A stretch of 62,421 nucleotides of DNA. Origin: Octopus bimaculoides. Taxonomy: Eukaryota. Under the pieces are notes generated by a model. That model was not told the origin of the DNA, did no database searches, and was given only the letters and a program-made list of their open reading frames with translations. The translations under genes and the position numbers were made by a program. This document shows positions 36,011-48,194 of the stretch, one piece after another. How positions within the stretch are numbered: the first letter of the stretch is position 1; every line of letters begins with the position of its first letter. The stretch spans positions 72,417,260-72,479,680 of the forward strand of contig NC_068982.1 of the NCBI RefSeq assembly GCF_001194135.2. The letters are read 5' to 3'.

Positions 36011-38746
36011 TTTTCATTGACCTTGTAACGATGAAAGAAAGTTGACCTTAGTGGGGTGAGAACTCAAAGCACAGAGTCACAACAAATGCTAGAAGGCATT
36101 CTATCTGATGTTCTAAAGGCTAATTACCTCCTTTCAGTTCACTTAATTAGCCTTTTCTGTCATTATCAAACAGTATTGCAGAGACTGCAAGTTAACCAAC
36201 TCTGCTGTGCTTGGGCTGTTTCCTGAAGCAAGTACTAAGTCCCAGGTACACTTACCACTTCTCCACTCATGGAAATGTCATAAATGAATGATAAGTATCC
36301 ATGGAGCCACAAGGGATGCAAGATATTGGTTAAGTATAATTGTATATAGCTGTAAATACAAACTATGAGGAGATGTAACTCCTTATTGTTTTAAAACAAT
36401 AGTGTTGAATATCTGAAAGTGTGTGTTATTAACTTGCAAAGAAAGCTCTCTTCAAATCTTTCCATAGGCAAAAATCTATAATGGGCCAACATGAAAACTA
36501 GTATAAGTAAACTTTAGTACACAACGATCATTACTCTGTCATAATGGTTGATAAAAAGATAATATAGACAAATATGAAGTGTGTCCTTTTGTATGATTTT
36601 ATCCCTTGAGATTCTGCAAGCAATTCTCATTCCATTTGACCTTTTGCAACAAGACATGAAATGAGATGTACAAACAGTTATGCATGTGCAGAGTTTAAAA
36701 AAAAAAAATATGTACAATGGTCCATACAGACATTTTATCACCATTATTTTTATCTTTTCCCTGTTCTACTCTGATCACCCCTGTCCTCTCTTCTAAAATA
36801 TGTGTAACTGTGTGGTTCTTATACAGTGAGAAACCTGTTCTGCTCTGGCTGGCTCTTTCCCTCATAATTCAACCCCTCATCTCCTAGCATAAAGCTGCCT
36901 TTCTTGAAGTTGGCAGTGTTGCAAGCTGCATGGTGGCATGGGAAAAAAAAGCACTCGTATATGCTGTGAAGTGGTTGGAATTAGGAAGGGCATTTAGCCC
37001 GCTAACCCATGCTAGTATGGAATAGAACATTAAATGATGATATTTTCTTTTAAACTTTTGAATAAGTAACGCATGCGCGCGCGTGCATGCCCCCTCCATG
37101 AATACCCCCTTCAGTCATGAATGACCATGGGATTACACCTAGAAAGTTCCCCTCCAAAGCCCAAGCCCGGGAAAGGTTGTTTATGGAAGACCAGCAGTCA
37201 CCCATGCATACCAGACTCCCCTCTCCATTCCACCAATGTCATCCAAGAGAAAGGCAAAGGCTGATACAATTTGGCACCAGTGATGTCACAACTCATTTCT
37301 ACAGCTAAGTGAACTGTTTTGCTTAAGGACACAACACACAGCCCTGTCCAGGAATCAAACACACAACCTCATGATTGTGAGCCTGATGCTCTAACCACTG
37401 AGCCATCCATCCATCCATACATCCATAAATAATTAACCAATGAACTATATTTAACACAAAGGGCTAAAGTTCCAGACTAATAAATATATGTATTGAACTT
37501 ACTAAACAGTTTGCTCAGTGCATTAGCATCAGACTTTAGGCACTTGAGTCACTGAAGCTTCTTGGTTAATAAAAATGTAAAAACTCTGTCTTATATACTG
37601 AATTAGTGTATCTCTCCCATTTGTAAAATTCACACACACAAACAAACAGATGTCTCAATAATATATTTATTTAACTGATGCAAGCATAGAAAACAGGGAT
37701 GTAGAATGAACAAATAATACACATACACACCATTTATTTACAAACCTGGTTTAAATATCTTTTCTCACTCCATTTATTATTATCATTATTATAATTATGA
37801 AGAAGGCGAACTGGCAGAATCGTCAGCATGTCAGGCGAAATGCTTAGAGGTATTTCACCCATCGCTATGTTTTGAGTTCAAATTCTGCCAAGGTCAATTT
37901 TGCCTTTCATCCTTTCGGGGTTGATAAATTTTAAGTACCAGTGAAACACTGCGGTTGATGTAGTCGACTATTTCCCTCCCCCAATTTTCAGGCCTTGTGC
38001 CAATAGTAAAAAGGATTATTATTATTCTTGGGTTAATACCAGTTACTTCTACTGCTGTTGATAGTACACAGGTCACAAGAAAAAAAAAATACATATTACT
38101 TTAATCATTGTACAAGTATATATTTTATTCAACGTTCCTTTGTGCAACTCTGTTCAATCAATTCCAGCTTGACCAAGCTTATACATGTTAGCAGATTTAC
38201 TGTTGGCTGTTCTTATGTATCAGAACTACTGTTTTGATAGGAGTGCGAAGGATGAATTTGGTAGTTGCAGCTGATGATGTGCAAAAACACAGAAATGCAT
38301 GCGTCCCACAATCTCATGACATCATTCATAGCCCAATGTGCTTTTACACATTATCTACGAGGAGAAAATTCTCCCAAGACTATTTTCATAGTGAAAAGTT
38401 TTTCCACGTTAAATATCATTGTACATGAATATAAAAAAAAATTATGACTAAAATAATTAAGGCTCTTCACTCCAAAAACAACAACAGCCAATTAAAATTA
38501 AGAAATATTTATATAAGTAATGTCTACTTCATCTTGTTTGATGATCTTAATCACCTCATACATAAGCAGAACTATAGTATAGAAGTATGTAATAAAATAT
38601 TTTCATAGGCAATGACACGAAAGGCAACCAATCTTGTATATAATGTGATTCTGTCTGAACTGAAACAAAAACACTACTGTATAATGTTTTGGTTTGCATC
38701 TATTTTTTTTCTTTCAGATTAGCAGTTTTGGGACAGATTTTTTTAA

Positions 38747-39123
38747 CCCTCTTGATACGAACCTGTACAAGACAGTTTCTGGTTCTATGATACAAACTTC
38801 CTGTTTCAAAGTGATTTAAATTAAAACCCTCCCTCCAAATTTCATGTGAATTTATGTTCCAAATACCAGCTTAATAATAACAACAGTTATTTTACTAAAT
38901 TCTTCAATATTTTCAAAATTAATTGAAACAAAGACTGTATCAACAGAAATATGGTAACAAAAGGTTTAAAGTGATCTAAATTAAAACCCTCCATCTGAAT
39001 TTCATGTGAATTTATGTTCCAAATACCAGCTTAATAATAACAACAGTTGTTTTATTAAATTCTTCAATGTTTTTGAAATTAATTGAAACAAAGGCAGTGT
39101 ACATCAATATGGTAACAAAAGGG
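38747..39123 (+). mobile_element. piggyBac-type MITE (TTAA|CCC...GGG|TTAA) with a duplicated 3' portion
   Basis: TTAA flanks at 38743-38746 and 39124-39127. A tandem unit of about 160 bp occupies about 38806-38966 and 38967-39123. Confidence 0.75.
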
Positions 39124-39639
39124 TTAATGACTTCTCTCATTAGAAGATTGCAAACAAACAACACTGAATGAATGGCAACCTTGATTTATAAACAGCACAT
39201 ACATACCAAGACACACATATATACACATGTATCATGGGCCACTTCCAGTTTCTGTGTATCAACTTTTCAATTTCACTCACATGGTATTGATTGACCTATG
39301 GCTATTGTAGAAGACATCAGTGGGAATGAACCCAGAATCATGTGGTTCCAATGCAAACTTTGTAACCATGAAACCATGTCTGTGCCTAAAACACACGCAG
39401 TGTCATAACTTTACAGGAACTCATACAAATGTTTGTATGTATATGTATATACCATTACCATTTAACATCATTTTTCCATGCTAGCATGGGTTGGTTGGTA
39501 TGTGTATGTGTGCCCCCATATGATGTTAAAGCAGAGGTTCACAGTTTATGATACTAGAATACTGACTGAAAGGGTAAGAGTACAAATGACATTATAGGTA
39601 CCAGTATTGTGACTATGAGAGCAAGACATGAATTAGTAT

Positions 39640-40022
39640 AGCGTGATCGTTGCCAGAGCAGCTGTCTGGCTTCCGTGCCGGTGGCACATAAATAGCACCA
39701 TTTGAGCGTGATCGTTACCAATGTCGCCTTCCTGGCACATGAAAAGACATTCGAGCGAGATTGTTGTTAGTGCCGATGGACTGGCTCCTGTGCAGGTGAC
39801 ACGTAAAATACACCATTTTGAGCGTGGCCGTTGCCAGTACACCCAGACTGGCCTTTGTGTCGGTGGCATGTAAAAGCACCCACTACACTCTCAGAGTGGT
39901 TGGTGTTAGGAAGGGCATCCAGCTGTAGAAACTCTGCCAAATCAGATTGGAGCCTGGTGTAGCCACCTGATCCACCAGTCCTCAGTCAAATCGTCCAACC
40001 CATGCTAGCATGGAAAGCGGAC
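39640..40022 (+). mobile_element. RTE 3'UTR copy with diverged internal modules
   Basis: Module array plus terminal module plus (GAT)n. Confidence 0.85.
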
Positions 40023-41055
40023 ATTAAACGATGATGATGATGACACTTTAGAGCTTTTCAAGTCCCTCATTCCTGCTTCACATTTGACAGAGATGTCAGT
40101 CAAAACCATTAAAAAATTTGTACCAATAATAAGTGCAGATCAGACTGTACATCCAATCTACAATACACACACACACATTATTTTAAGCATATCAGCCCAA
40201 AGGCTAAGAAAATAAAAAAAGAGGTCCAGTGTAATCAAAAATAAGTATCTACAGGAAATATAAAGAATTCTCATTCCAAGCTAAAAGTATATTTATAGAT
40301 ATGTTTTAAGAAAGAAAAGAAAAAAAACACCAAGAACAAAACAAAGAACTCAATTTCCTTTTCCTCTCCTCATTGATGCCACAGTCAGTCTTGCCTTTAT
40401 TTTTATGCACCAAGAAGTCATATTCTGTGCAGAAGATGCTGTCTACTTGGTTTACTAACCTTAATTTTTACAGTGTGATACTTAATCTTTAAGTTAGGGG
40501 ATCTACAGAGGCATAGATATTTACTACTACTGCTGCTGCTGCTAGCAACAGCAGCTGCACTGCTTCTACCACCACCACATAGAGTCTGTCTTCCATATTA
40601 GCATGGGTTGGGTGGTCTGACAGAATGTGAAAAGCCAGTGGCTCTGCACTGAGCTCCAGTATCAGTTTTGACAATTTCTATGGCCGGATGCCCTTGCTGA
40701 TACCAACCACTTTATACAGAGTATACTGGGTATTTTGTTGTTGTTGTTATGGCACTGGCACTAGTAAGGTTGTCAACTCACAAATTCTTAATATTTACGA
40801 AGTCTGAATATGGATTCCCAGTTTCATTTGTAATGCGACAATTAAAATTCTTTTTTTTTTTTGTTACAGTGACAAAAATTAGTTATGATAAATATTGTGT
40901 TGATTAGTTTAGTTTCATCAGATATACACCTTTCCCTGCATCCATTCAACTATATAAGCAGAAGAAATGTTGGAACCAGATATTACTCCAACTCACTTGA
41001 GGGTACTCTCCCTTTTCTGTTGTCTTACTTGGTGACAAAGAAGCATCCACTACAT

Positions 41056-41342
41056 CAATGTTTCCCAGCCTATTTTCCCCTAGTTCCAACTATAACTTTC
41101 CAGAAAAATGTATGCCTCACTGGTGGTTGGAAAAAAAACAACTTCATTTTTAATGTATTTTATCACAATTATTTATACAAAAGAATCTACTGGTAACTCT
41201 ATTAAGTACATTATTGACTAAGAAAAGAAAAAAGCAAATAACTTTAAAGAGAATCGTGTGCCTGGTGACTACAGTACCACACCCTACCACAATTTCCCCA
41301 GGCCCCACTAGTGGAGCATATGCTCCATGTTGGGAATCACTG
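41056..41342. mobile_element. hAT-like MITE
   Basis: Termini CAATGTTTCCCAGC and GTTGGGAATCACTG. The 8-bp flanks CACTACAT and AACTACAT match at 7 of 8 positions. Confidence 0.65.
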
Positions 41343-42699
41343 AACTACATGCTGTAAAGTGGTTGATATTATAAAAGGCATCCAGCTGTAGAAATGATGC
41401 CAAAGCAGACAGTGGAGCATGATGCAGCCCTGCATTTTGTCAGATCCCATCAAACCATCCAGCCTGTGTTAGCAAGGAAAAATGGATGATTAAATGATGA
41501 TGATGAAGGTTTGAAAAAAAAATTGTTTCACTCATAAGTTCAGGCATAGCTGTGTGGGTCCCTTTACAGTCACATGGTTTCAGATTCAGTCTCGCTGTGC
41601 AGCACCTGGGCCAAGTGTCTATTACTAATGCAAAGTAAATTATATAACATTATGCAAATCTGCGTTGTTACATAGCCACTCACTAAAGCGTAGATTTACA
41701 TTAAGTTATGTAACTTACTTTGCTTTGGTAATAAATAACCATGCTATTGAAATATGTGTAGTGGTGTTTTGAGCTATCCATTCTTTTTTTTTTTTGTTTA
41801 CTAAATGATACACTGAGTAATATGTACCAATTTTATACCATTGATACATACATACTCAGACCAGTAAACAACTGTTTAACTTTTGTAAGGACTGCCATAC
41901 TGACCAGATGAAGGATCTGAAACTTTTTTCTGGACTAATCTGTTAGCCAAAAGATACATGGGAGGTGCTTCCAAGTTAATTTGCCAAGATTTATTTGATC
42001 CCCATTGTATTATTTTAGCAATAAGAGATAGATGGTTTATAAGCCATTAAGCCCACCAAGTGAATAAAAGCTTTTATCTTCTATAATGCAGTTAGAGCTT
42101 ATCAACAGCTGGAAACCCATTAGTCTCAATGATAACCATGGCAAAATTTGAGCTTTTACAGAGAGTTAATGAAACAGAATTGCAGAGCCTCCTGCTGATG
42201 CTATGACCATTGAGAAAGTTGATAATTATTTATAGCAAGGTGGATTATATGTGAATTTTAGTGAGGTTTGCCAAGGACATAAAGCTGTATCAGATAGAGG
42301 ATATAATAAACTAGTAATCCTTTGGCTAGCAGCCATTCAACTTAGCAGCTAGTCATTAATCCTTCTGCAGGTAGAATGTTGGTTGCCAGTGGTACACAGG
42401 CAAAGCAATGACTTGGTTGTTTTTGCCATTGGTCAATGCCAGGTATTCTCTTATTGGCCGAGCATTAATGTCAAAAATTAACATGTTGAAGCATGGAAAG
42501 GTTAAAAGACATTTTGGTACAGTCATTTTGACACTGCCTTTTCCGAGTTACTGGCTTATTTGACATCTGATGTTTCCATATCTTATCCCTGGCCATGTCT
42601 TTCTATCCCTCCTCCCCTCATTCTGTTTACATATATGTAAATGCTTCTCTTTACGTGTAAGACCCATAACCCTGCAGCAGAAGTGTTAAGACTGATCCT

Positions 42700-43001
42700 T
42701 TTGGTGGTATAAAGCACTCATGGCAGTGTCACATAAAAGTGCCTGCGCGATGCCAGGTAAAAGTGCCCATGTGGCACCATGTAAAAGTGCCCATGTGGCA
42801 CCATGTAAAAGTGCCTGTGCAGTGCCATGTACAAGCACCCAGCACCCTCTGTAAAGTAGTTGGCATTAAGAAGGGCCACAGAAACCATGCCAAATCAAAC
42901 TGGAGCTTGGTGCTGCACACTGCTTTCCCAGCTTGCCTGCTCAGGTCATGCCGTCCAACCCATGCCAATATGGACAACGGATGTTAAATGATGATGATGA
43001 T
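42700..43001 (+). mobile_element. Older RTE 3'UTR variant with a short (about 21-bp) tandem unit
   Basis: GTGGCACCATGTAAAAGTGCCCAT-type repeats at about 42730-42840, then the terminal module and (GAT)n. Confidence 0.75.
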
Positions 43002-43287
43002 GTTCAATCAATAAATTGTAATCTCTCTCCCGCTTTTCATGTGAATGCGTGTTTGCTTCCAGAATCAGGGGGAAAAAAAGGCTGAAAGTCCAGTTAGTCA
43101 TGCCAAGCTGCACTTATCGTCTCATTGTCACTAGAGGGTCCCACTGCATGCTTTCTTGCAAAATTCCCATGATTTGCATACCATTATGACATATATTTAG
43201 AATGGTATATTTATAGATCTAAATGTTCAAAAGTAACATAGTAGCCCCTAATGCTTCATGTCAGTGTGTTCACGAAAGGCTCATTCT

Positions 43288-43517
43288 ATTTTTTAATACA
43301 AAACTTTATCCCATCTAACTGCTGTTTCTGCTTTCAATGTCCGACAGCACTGCCAAAGAAAATTCTGAGAATAATATTTGTTACATTCTATATGTTCCAA
43401 ATCGGATGTGCTATAGAATATGACGAATATTATTCTTAGAATTTTCTTTGGCAGTGCTGTTGGACATTAGAGGCAGAAACGGCTGTTAGATGGGCTAAAG
43501 GTTTGTATTAAAAAATA
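43288..43517. repeat. Near-perfect palindrome of about 230 bp (MITE-like hairpin)
   Basis: Arms at about 43288-43392 and 43412-43517, with a loop of about 19 nt. Confidence 0.88.
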
Positions 43518-43744
43518 AAAATCGATGGTAGTCAATTTGTTGTTGATCAAGAATTACTCCATTTCCTGCTTAATTTAAATTTGTTTCCTGATAAACTCTT
43601 GTTTATTTTTGATATTGCTTGTACCCTACGAGCATAATATGCTTGCATATGTATGCCCAGGGGTAACATAGGTAATTTATACTGGTAGTAAAACAGATAT
43701 TCTTATCCCTTAGCTGGTTATTCAAACCTCTAACTCTACTAACC

Positions 43745-44568
43745 TATATATAAGAAAAGGAAATGGAGAAATCGACAGATAGACATCAATTTATTAATAC
43801 AAATCCAAATATCGAATAATTAAATTAAATTAAAGATGTAATTGGATACAGTGAATTGAACATTTTGTCAGGGTTAGAAATTGACCAAAAAAAGGAATCA
43901 CATCCCAATAGATCGAGTGATCATTGTCGGAATCAACATTAAATTCAGATGCATGCGTGAGTGTAAATTAATGTTCTTAAAAAAAAAACAAAAAAAACGT
44001 TACTTGCGTATATGCTATTTTGTTTTATTATTTTTCTAATTTTATTTGTGTGCATGTTAATATATTTGAAAAGTAAAAGAACCCTAAGATTGGATAAACA
44101 ATAACTTCAATACAGTTAATGATAAGCAAAACAATTTATTCTTAAATTTTCGTTATTACTTGTGAGAATATGAATGCTAGTATAGCTTTTTAGCTACTTA
44201 AGAATTTTTCTAAGTCACTTAGTCATAACTGCCAGTTTTAATAATTAATCACTAATTTTTAATTTATATTATTTAAACTATAGTTATTGTTTACTGTTAA
44301 GAACACTAATATACACATGAACACACATCTGAATTTACTGTTGAATCTGACACTAATCACTCGATCCATTGAAATGGGATTCCTTTTTTTCAGTCAATTT
44401 CTAACCCTGATGAAATGTTCAATTCAGTGTATTCAAATTACATCTTAATTACATCTTTAATTCAATTTAATTATTTGATATTTGAATTCATTGAATATGG
44501 AAACAATTGTAGGTTATAAGAAATTGATGTCTATCTGTCGTTTTCTCCATTTTCTTTTCTTATATATA
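43745..44568. mobile_element. Foldback/MITE of about 820 bp with arms of about 180-210 bp ending in TATATATA
   Basis: TATATATAAGAAAAGGAAATGGAGAAATCGACAGATAGACATCAATTT...ATCGAGTGAT (43745-43922) is mirrored at about 44355-44568. Confidence 0.82.
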
Positions 44569-44720
44569 AATGACAATATACCCATCTGCATCAATGAGAA
44601 ACTAATATCTTTTTAATATTTCACTGATACATTGGATAAAACAGGGGAACTTGGATGCTAACATCCCTCTAAGAGGTATTTATATCCTTGCAATAATTAA
44701 TATATATATATATATATATA

Positions 44721-45038
44721 NNNNNNNNNNNNNNNNNNNNNNNNNNNNNNNNNNNNNNNNNNNNNNNNNNNNNNNNNNNNNNNNNNNNNNNNNNNNNNNN
44801 NNNNNNNNNNNNNNNNNNNNNNNNNNNNNNNNNNNNNNNNNNNNNNNNNNNNNNNNNNNNNNNNNNNNNNNNNNNNNNNNNNNNNNNNNNNNNNNNNNNN
44901 NNNNNNNNNNNNNNNNNNNNNNNNNNNNNNNNNNNNNNNNNNNNNNNNNNNNNNNNNNNNNNNNNNNNNNNNNNNNNNNNNNNNNNNNNNNNNNNNNNNN
45001 NNNNNNNNNNNNNNNNNNNNNNNNNNNNNNNNNNNNNN
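44721..45038. other. Assembly gap (N run) inside a (TA)n tract
   Basis: Ns flanked by (TA)n. Confidence 1.
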
Positions 45039-45069
<31 letters not shown>

Positions 45070-45329
45070 ACATGTCTCTTAAAGGATAGAGCTCAAAATC
45101 AATGCATTGAAGATACTTTATTGCAGCAACAATTATAATAACAGAAACAACCACAATAAGCCAAACCTATGCACATTTCAATAGGGTATCCCGGAAAAAT
45201 AAACCACATCATAAGATGTCTCGTAAAATATTGTAACAAATTACAACATATTACAAATTTCTGGATACTCCATCTCATCAGGGTCGCATTATTGCCATCA
45301 CCAATACTATTATTAGCAATAATACACAT

Positions 45330-45990
45330 CTCTACTTTGATGACGCCCCACAATTTCTGCAGTAGAGAAGCATAATATGCCCCATTAATTGTGGTGCCCT
45401 TTGCCAGAAAATCTATCATCACTACTCTGCACCGGTCACAAAAGACTGTGAGCATCACCTTGCCTGCTGAGGATTGGACACGAAACTTCTTTGGAGGGGG
45501 TGAGTTATCATGCTTCCATTGCTTCGAGTGGACTTTAGTCTCAGGTTCATAGTGATGGACCCATGTTTCATCCTGTGTGATAAGTCTGCCAAAAAAGTCC
45601 TCCTCGTTTCCTTGCACATTGCCTAAAGAACCTGGGAGCAATTGATTCTTTCTTGCTTCTGAAAAGGTGTGAGCATCCAGGGAATCCATTGTGCAAATAA
45701 CTTTCACATGTGCGGATGGTTGTGAACGATTTTTTCCATGGACTCTACACTTATCTCCACTTCTTAGGCTAGTTGCTGATGATCTTCCAAAATGGTAGCT
45801 TCCACTTTATGAATGGTGTCGTCCAGGAATGGGAGCAGTTTCCACTGATGTCTGACCACATTTGATATGGTGATACCAGTGCTTGACTACATCGTATGAT
45901 GGTGCATCATCACTATAAACTTTCATTTCATTGAAAGTCTCTTTTGGTGTATGACCTTTCAACTGCCTCCATTATAACACCATAGTCCAC
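45330..45990 (-). mobile_element. Decayed mariner fragment (probably irritans/Himar1-like)
   Basis: QWIPWMLT (WVPRxLT), RLITQDETWVHHYEPETK..SKQW, SAGKVMLTVF and GTTINGAYYASLL. Confidence 0.85.
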
Positions 45991-46189
45991 TTCAGTAGCT
46001 GTAAGAGACAAATGAATACTAGTGGAAAGCTCCAATTTACAATGTGATATGTATGATTATACCTGTTTGAGTTCTATTTCCTGCAATAACCGGAAGTGGG
46101 TCAGGGGAAATCTTTACAGAACACCCGATAGATCGCTGACCACTACATTTATATTTTTTTTCTCCTTGCTTCTCTCCTTATTTCTTTCT

Positions 46190-46319
46190 GTGTTCCTTTC
46201 AGTTGAAGAGCGTAGGCTCGAAACGTCAAAAACTTTCTCTATTCCCGAGTGTTAAACAAATACATCCATTTGTTGTTTACACCACCTATCTTCGTCTGTT
46301 GTTGTTTTCGTAAATTCTC

Positions 46320-46320
<1 letters not shown>
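46190..46320 (+). mobile_element. Penelope-like terminal repeat fragment carrying a minimal hammerhead-ribozyme-like motif
   Basis: CCTTT-CAGTT-GAA-GAGC-GTAG-GCTC-GAAA-C-GTC-AAAA at 46195-46231, ending at a (TA)n tract. Confidence 0.5.
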
Positions 46321-46371
<51 letters not shown>

Positions 46372-47089
46372 GTGTGTGTTTGTGTTTGTCCCCCACCACT
46401 GCTTAACAACAGATGGTGGTGTGTTTGTGTCCCTGTAAGTTGGCAGTTTGGCAAAAGAGATGAATAGAATAAGTACCAGGCTTAAAAAATAAGTACTGGG
46501 GTTGATTCATTCAACTACAAATTCAAGGTCATGCCCCAGCATGGCCACAGTCTAATAACTGAAACAAGTAAAAGATAAAAGATAGGGAAATATTACCTTA
46601 CTTGGAAAGAAGTGGGTTAGTGACAAGAAGGGCATCTGGCCCTAGAAAATTTGCCTTGATGAATTGTTCGAGCCATGTCACCATGGAAGAGTGGATGTTA
46701 AGAGGATGATGATGATGACTTGTTTAAAGATTTCGTCTTTTTTTATAGTTTCCTGTACATTATTCACCCACATCTCAAGGATTTAAAAAGAAAGGGAAGA
46801 TTACCTGCCCGCAAAACGGTTAATTCATTATCTTTTATTTTTTTACTCGTTTCAGTCATTAGGCTGCAGCCATGCTGGGGTACCATCTTGGAGAAATTTT
46901 AGTTGAACGAATCAATCTCAGAACTTATTTTTAAAGTCTGGCACTTATTCTATCAGTTTCTTTTGCCAAACTGCTAAGTTACAAGAACATAAACACACCA
47001 GCACTGGTTGTCAAGTGGTGGTGGTGGGGACAAAGAAAGACACACATACGAAAGTGGATTTGGTATAAGGAAACTGAAAGAAACCTATA

Positions 47090-47131
<42 letters not shown>

Positions 47132-47528
47132 TATGGGCTTCTTTCAGTTTCCATTTGGCATAAGGGAACTGAAAGAAGCTTATGGTGTATATATATACAT
47201 ATATATATACTATGGGCTTCTTTCAGTTTCCTTATACCAAATCCACTCACAAGGCTTTGGCCAGCTTGAGGCTAAAGTAGAAGACAGCTTATCAGTTTTT
47301 TTTCCCTCTTGAGCCCTAAGTCTGGTTATTCAATTTCTATAGTGTATAATAGACTGACACAACATTCTACACTGAACAGGATGCTGCCTCATTGCAGGGT
47401 TCTAAGCCAGCAATTTTGAGGAGAAAGGACAAGTTGATTACATTTATCCCAGTACTTGACTGGTACCCTTCTGACCCTAAATGGATGAAAGGCAAAGTTG
47501 ATCTGTGGGATTTGAACTTGGAATGTAA

Positions 47529-47932
47529 AGAGTGGCTGTGTGGTAAGTAGCTTGCTTACCAACCACATGGTTCCGGGTTCAGTCCCACTGCGTGGCACCT
47601 TGGGCAAGTGTCTTCTACTATAGCCTTGGGCCGACCAAAGCCTTGTGAGTGGATTTGGTAGACGGAAACTGAAAGAAGCCTGTCGTATATATGTATATAT
47701 GTGTATGTGTGTGTATATGTTTGCGTGTCTGTGTTTGTCCCCCCAACATCGCTTGACAACCGATGCTGGTGTGTTTACGTCCCCGTAACTTAGCGGTTCA
47801 GCAAAAGAGACCGATAGAATAAGTACTAGGCTTTCAAAGAATAAGTCCTGGGGTCGATTTGCTCGAATAAAGGTGGTGCTCCAGCATGGCCACAGTCAAA
47901 ATTACTGAAACAAGTAAAAGAGTAAAAGAGTA
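47529..47932 (+). mobile_element. Full-length tRNA-derived CORE-type SINE (family C, possibly octopus OR1/OR2-like) nested in a family-B SINE
   Basis: tRNA-like head GTGGCTGTGTGGTAAG...GGTTCAGTCCC, CORE-like GGCACCTTGGGCAAGTGTCTT, internal (TA/TG)n and a (GTAAAAGA)n tail. Other copies lie at about 2100-2430(-), 5950-6165(-), 12780-12960(+), 14680-14830(-), 23520-23760(-), 27005-27300(-), 30810-30970(-), 46350-46570(+), 46830-47290(-), 55290-55626(+) and 59860-60000(-). Confidence 0.8.
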
Positions 47933-48070
47933 TCTGGAAAAAAAATGCTGCTAAGCATTTTCTCTGATGTGTTAACAATTCTGCTAGCTCAGTTCCTTTA
48001 ATGCATTATAATGGAGAGAGGCTTATAAAATACAAAACCAAGAAGGAGATTAGTGAATCACTATACTTAC

Positions 48071-48194
48071 CACAGTGAAGATGAAAATCCAGAGCTGATC
48101 CAAGCATACGATAGATTGTTAACTACATTTGTAAGGGAGTGTCTTTTAGGAGTCCGATACCATGCGCCCCATTCATTTTTATTTGGAATCATTC
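48071..48194 (-). other. Candidate 124-nt internal exon (5'UTR or coding)
   Basis: Long T-rich tract ending TTTGTTTGTTGCCAG|GAATG and a perfect donor CTGTG|GTAAGT. The body is not repetitive and has one open frame (xMIPNKNEWGAWYRTPKRHSLTNVVNNLSYAWISSGFSSSL). Confidence 0.5.

Noticed and set aside
41800-42620. Coding-like texture and a CAGATGAAGGATCTGAAAC string resembling a hammerhead core at about 41905-41925
   Set aside because: Translations are broken and unrecognisable, and the motif lacks a helix II stem and a cleavage triplet.
45099-45707. 202-aa ORF as a functional transposase or host gene
   Set aside because: Only the middle matches mariner. The frame is fused to unrelated sequence, the N-terminus is frameshifted, and the second and third catalytic aspartate regions are missing.
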